Source of the DNA: Candidatus Latescibacterota bacterium
Lineage (GTDB): Bacteria > Latescibacterota > CBDEFO01
NCBI GenBank assembly: GCA_965248755.1
Contig: OZ252149.1
Span: forward strand, 2,944,001-3,008,000
Reading direction: 5' to 3'
DNA length: 64,000 nucleotides
A program made the translations under genes and the position numbers. Under the pieces are notes generated by a model that made no database searches, was not told the origin of the DNA, and was given only the letters and a program-made list of their open reading frames with translations. Of this stretch, positions 60,629 through 64,000 are shown one piece after another (the stretch's first letter is position 1; the number at the start of each line of letters is the position of its first letter).

Positions 60629-62026
60629 TTAAACAGAATAACATCGCAATCGTTCAATCCGGGATAATATTTCGGCAAATAACCTCTTGTCTATCCCAAC
60701 CTCAGCCATTTGAAACGTAATATATCCGCTGTGTCTGACAATCTTCGCTCCGATTTTGATAAATTTCACGAGGAGGCTGCGTAGTGACCAGTGTTTGATT
60801 TTCTTCGGAAGAACAAAACGTCGCAGGAAGTTGCCCAAGTTGTAAGCCAGAACAAACAGCCAGAGCCTCACCTGATTGGAGACGAAACGCTTGCATGAGA
60901 GTCGGGTCCAGTTCAGAGCATACTTGCCCTCCTTAATCCACTGCTCAGCTCTGCCACGGCCATTGTAGAAGTGTACCACGCCTTCTGGCTTGGCGCTCAT
61001 GTTGGTCACGATAAATCCCACTCTTGGGAATAACTCCCCTTGGTGCCATTCAACCTTGGCGACCACTCGCCTCGATTGATCCCAACTGGCCGCTTTATAT
61101 TGAAATTCATATAACGATACAATCGGTTTCCTCGGCGGTCGTCCAACTGGCCGAGTCAGCAGGTATCGTATCTTTTCATAGAGTATCTCATTTGCGGGAA
61201 GCCGAATGGCATACAAATAGCCGTTTCCCTCCAGATAATCATAAATCTCAGGCTTTGCGAATGCAGCATCGCCTCGAAAGTATTTCCTATTCTTCTTGCT
61301 CTCGTATCTCTTGACGATCGGTTCCAGAACTTCCTTCCAACGATCAGCACTGTGAACATTACCAGAGCGAAGTAGGACTCCTTCACAATCCCCGAACTGA
61401 TTGAAGCAGAACACTGGATGAAAACAGGTACATCCGAAATGACCGTTGTAAGCTGATCCTTCCTGCTGGCCATGTACCGGACTCTCCGAACTGTCCATGT
61501 CCAGAATGATTCGTTGATGCTGTGTTTTACTCATCGCTTTTTGAACCCACTTGCCATTGATATCTGACAAGTTTCTGAGATTGTCATGCTGAGTCAGTAT
61601 ATCAGTTTCAAAACGTCCTATCGTGTTGGAGCTGGCAGCTTGCCTGCCTTTGTCCTTCTTTCCGGTAATCGCTCGCATGACGGGATCAACGGATAATCGC
61701 TCGGCGTCATTTACATCTTCATATCCTGCAAGACGGCTGTATATCGATTGACGCAGGAGAGTAGATATATCATGTTGGATATTACGGCCTGTGCGTTTAT
61801 CGGTAAAAACCGCTGATACCGAATCAAATAATCCCAGTGCGTAATCAAGGTCACGATACGCAAGAAGTCCACCGTTTGATGTCACCTTTGCACCATGAAA
61901 TTCAAGCTTTATTCCTCCATCAAAACCTACTTTCATTCTTTCACCCTCTGGATGATCAATATTTATCCGCCATTTATGAGTCTTATTTATTGTAATATAA
62001 CATGTTCTGGCGACTTTGACAACCAT
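60629..62026 (-). CDS. IS1380-family DDE transposase, copy 2
   Basis: Protein identical to 36587-37984. Confidence 0.92.
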   Translation of the reverse strand: MVVKVARTCYITINKTHKWRINIDHPEGERMKVGFDGGIKLEFHGAKVTSNGGLLAYRDLDYALGLFDSVSAVFTDKRTGRNIQHDISTLLRQSIYSRLAGYEDVNDAERLSVDPVMRAITGKKDKGRQAASSNTIGRFETDILTQHDNLRNLSDINGKWVQKAMSKTQHQRIILDMDSSESPVHGQQEGSAYNGHFGCTCFHPVFCFNQFGDCEGVLLRSGNVHSADRWKEVLEPIVKRYESKKNRKYFRGDAAFAKPEIYDYLEGNGYLYAIRLPANEILYEKIRYLLTRPVGRPPRKPIVSLYEFQYKAASWDQSRRVVAKVEWHQGELFPRVGFIVTNMSAKPEGVVHFYNGRGRAEQWIKEGKYALNWTRLSCKRFVSNQVRLWLFVLAYNLGNFLRRFVLPKKIKHWSLRSLLVKFIKIGAKIVRHSGYITFQMAEVGIDKRLFAEILSRIERLRCYSV

Positions 62027-62137
62027 TTTTCGGGTCTAATATGGCGAATGGGGGTAGAGTATAGTGTATTGGAGACTATGACAGAAGATGTCACAATGGG
62101 ATCGCGTTTTAATAGACTTTTTAAAAAGGGGTTAGCA

Positions 62138-62178
62138 TGAAGACCGAAGGTAGAATCTACTATTTTGCCGCGTTCATT
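62138..62178 (+). pseudogene. Truncated 5' end of the dockerin-like gene at the duplication junction
   Basis: MKTEGRIYYFAAFI matches the start at 63529. Confidence 0.75.
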
Positions 62179-62306
62179 GACTTCTTTCTAGGTGATTTGG
62201 AATGTGATTCGTAGAGCAGCGAGGACGTACCATCTTGTCTACCAGAGAGGAAGTGTTACAACAGAGCATTACCAAGTTTAGAATAATATATGAGGAGTGA
62301 AAAGAC

Positions 62307-63257
62307 ATGGTAAGAACCTTCGTTTTCTACGGAGTTGTGGTGTTAGCACTGGTACTATCGGGAGCAGGCCAGGCATACGGGTTTTTAGATGCGGGGACGC
62401 ACGCGAGGTCTATGTCAATGGGGGGGGCCTTTGTGGCGGTGGCAGACGATCAGGATGCGATCTTTTTGAATCCGTCTGGTCTCGGTCAGATAGAGACTAG
62501 GATTGTGTCGTATACGAATGTGAGTTTACTTTTGACGGGGGTTGAGGGAGATAATTTGGGTCAGCACATACTGACTTACGTTCATCCTTTTGGTGGGAAT
62601 GTGGGTACATTGGGTTTTGGTTATCAGCGGGTGGGGAGTGACAGTTTTAATGAGAATGGATTTACGGCAAGTTGGGGGAAGGAGTTGAGACATGGGATAC
62701 ATTTGGGGTTGGGGTTGAGTTATTTGTGGTGGAGTGTGGGGGACATACCATCTGATAGAGTCAGTGGTAAGAAAGATCCGTTGTCTGGGGATAGCAGTGG
62801 GAATATAGGAGTAGACATAGGTGGATTATGTAGGAGTCCTTGGGATTTTAGTTTGGGATTCTTTTTGAAGAACATAAATGAACCGGATATATCCAAGGAA
62901 GGAGGTAATATAGCTGGGCAATCTGATGCAGGCAAGTTGCCGTTTGACATACGTTTTGGTGGTAGTTATCGTGTTGCGAGGGGATTATTGAGTGTAGAAT
63001 ATGTAGTAATGGATGTAGGGGGGGAAGGCGATACAGATACGAGGTTATTCTTCGGCGGAGAGGTAGATTTGGTGGCGGGGTTTAGTTTTCGGGTGGGCGG
63101 CAATAGGATATTTGAGGAGGGTAGCACGGGGGGATTTAGTTGGGGGTTGGGTTATGAGTTTAACAACGGTATAGATTTAGATTATGGTTACAACATTCCC
63201 CTGGGTGCAGTGAAGACTAAAGGCAGTGGCCGATTCACCCCCGCATATAAATTCTAA
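62307..63257 (+). CDS. PorV/PorQ (UPF0164)-like outer-membrane beta-barrel, copy 2
   Basis: Diverged paralog of 59100-60041. Confidence 0.8.
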   Translation: MVRTFVFYGVVVLALVLSGAGQAYGFLDAGTHARSMSMGGAFVAVADDQDAIFLNPSGLGQIETRIVSYTNVSLLLTGVEGDNLGQHILTYVHPFGGNVGTLGFGYQRVGSDSFNENGFTASWGKELRHGIHLGLGLSYLWWSVGDIPSDRVSGKKDPLSGDSSGNIGVDIGGLCRSPWDFSLGFFLKNINEPDISKEGGNIAGQSDAGKLPFDIRFGGSYRVARGLLSVEYVVMDVGGEGDTDTRLFFGGEVDLVAGFSFRVGGNRIFEEGSTGGFSWGLGYEFNNGIDLDYGYNIPLGAVKTKGSGRFTPAYKF

Positions 63258-63528
63258 ATGTCGGGTCAAAATAGTCTGGACCAGATTGTAAAGATCCAAA
63301 AATAGTAGATCGTATACAGCAGACAAAGCAGTTCAAGTGAGATTGTTTAGCTTCATCTCTCGTTCATTGCGAGAGGCATTCTCCCAAACCAATCTCCCAG
63401 GAGATTCCTGTCTACTTAAGTCCGTAAACGCTACACTACCGACATAGATATTAGAGTATAGTGCAGACTATGACAGAAGATGTCACAATGGGATCGCGTT
63501 TTAATAGACTTTTTAAAAAGAGGTTAGC

Positions 63529-64000
63529 ATGAAGACCAAAGGTAGAATCTACTATTTTGCCGCTTTCATCAGTATGATTGTTTTTATATTGCTAACTTAC
63601 CCACAAATTGCATCTGCTTTAACTGGCGACTTTAATGGAGATGGCAAAGTTGACCTTAGTGATTTCGTATTATTCTTAGATGGGTTCGGCACATCAGATG
63701 CAAGATATGATTTAGATAATGATGGTACAGTTGGTCTTGGCGATTTCGTTATCTTTATTGACAATTTTGGCAGAACAGAAGCATTAAGCGGCCCCACTGA
63801 GAATGTATCTTTAAGTCTTGGAGTTCCTTTGCAAGTTCCAACCGTCTCTCCCAAAGTGGTGGGAGCACCAGGCACGAACCAGAGCATCGCTATTACCCGG
63901 GTGAGACTCCTTCTGGAAGAGGTAAAGCTTAAGACATCAGGGGAGGACGCGGGCAAGCCCGGGGCTGATTTCAAGATAGGACCGGTTGTTGTTGACTTAA
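63529..64000 (+). CDS. Secreted protein with dockerin/EF-hand-like duplex (partial, runs off the window)
   Basis: Signal peptide, GDFNGDGKVDLSDF, YDLDNDGTVGLGDF; frame is open to the window end. Confidence 0.8.
   Translation, partial: MKTKGRIYYFAAFISMIVFILLTYPQIASALTGDFNGDGKVDLSDFVLFLDGFGTSDARYDLDNDGTVGLGDFVIFIDNFGRTEALSGPTENVSLSLGVPLQVPTVSPKVVGAPGTNQSIAITRVRLLLEEVKLKTSGEDAGKPGADFKIGPVVVDL

Larger units (their letters stand above)
60243..62054 (-). mobile_element. IS1380 transposition unit (IS at 60429-62054 plus captured DNA)
   Basis: TAGAG direct repeats at 60238-60242 and 62055-62059; alternative end CCGGGTAAATCCGGG. Confidence 0.85.

Noticed and set aside
1..64000. tRNA or rRNA genes
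   Set aside because: No cloverleaf or rRNA-conserved sequence was recognised by eye.

Overview
A 64-kb bacterial chromosomal segment. The C-terminal TWGRIK motif, the FlgD/T9SS-like C-terminal domain, the PorV/PorQ-like barrels and the dockerin-like DFNGDGKVD repeats suggest an FCB-superphylum candidate lineage such as Latescibacterota; this is inference, not a database result. Housekeeping genes present: batABDE-like operon, HU, sppA, mreBC, purH, purC, rlmN. They are interleaved with a heavily rearranged accessory zone (about 24-41 kb) and a secreted-protein zone (42-64 kb). No rRNA, tRNA, CRISPR array or reverse transcriptase was found. Most notable: (1) a 21-bp palindromic micro-element (CCCCGATAGATTCAATCGGGG) in at least 14 copies, several sitting in-frame inside intact proteins as SPI/NxSIG; (2) an IS1380-family element whose second copy moved with a captured sigma54-activator fragment (5-bp TAGAG target duplication), plus transposase-less 200-bp right ends in front of unrelated cargo genes; (3) cargo blocks bracketed by duplicated 3' ends of resident genes; (4) an integrase-less integron cassette with an attI-like site; (5) a five-gene mosaic array of secreted DOMON/CBM9-like proteins with variable loops and a TWGRIK tail. 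All family assignments come from motif recognition only.
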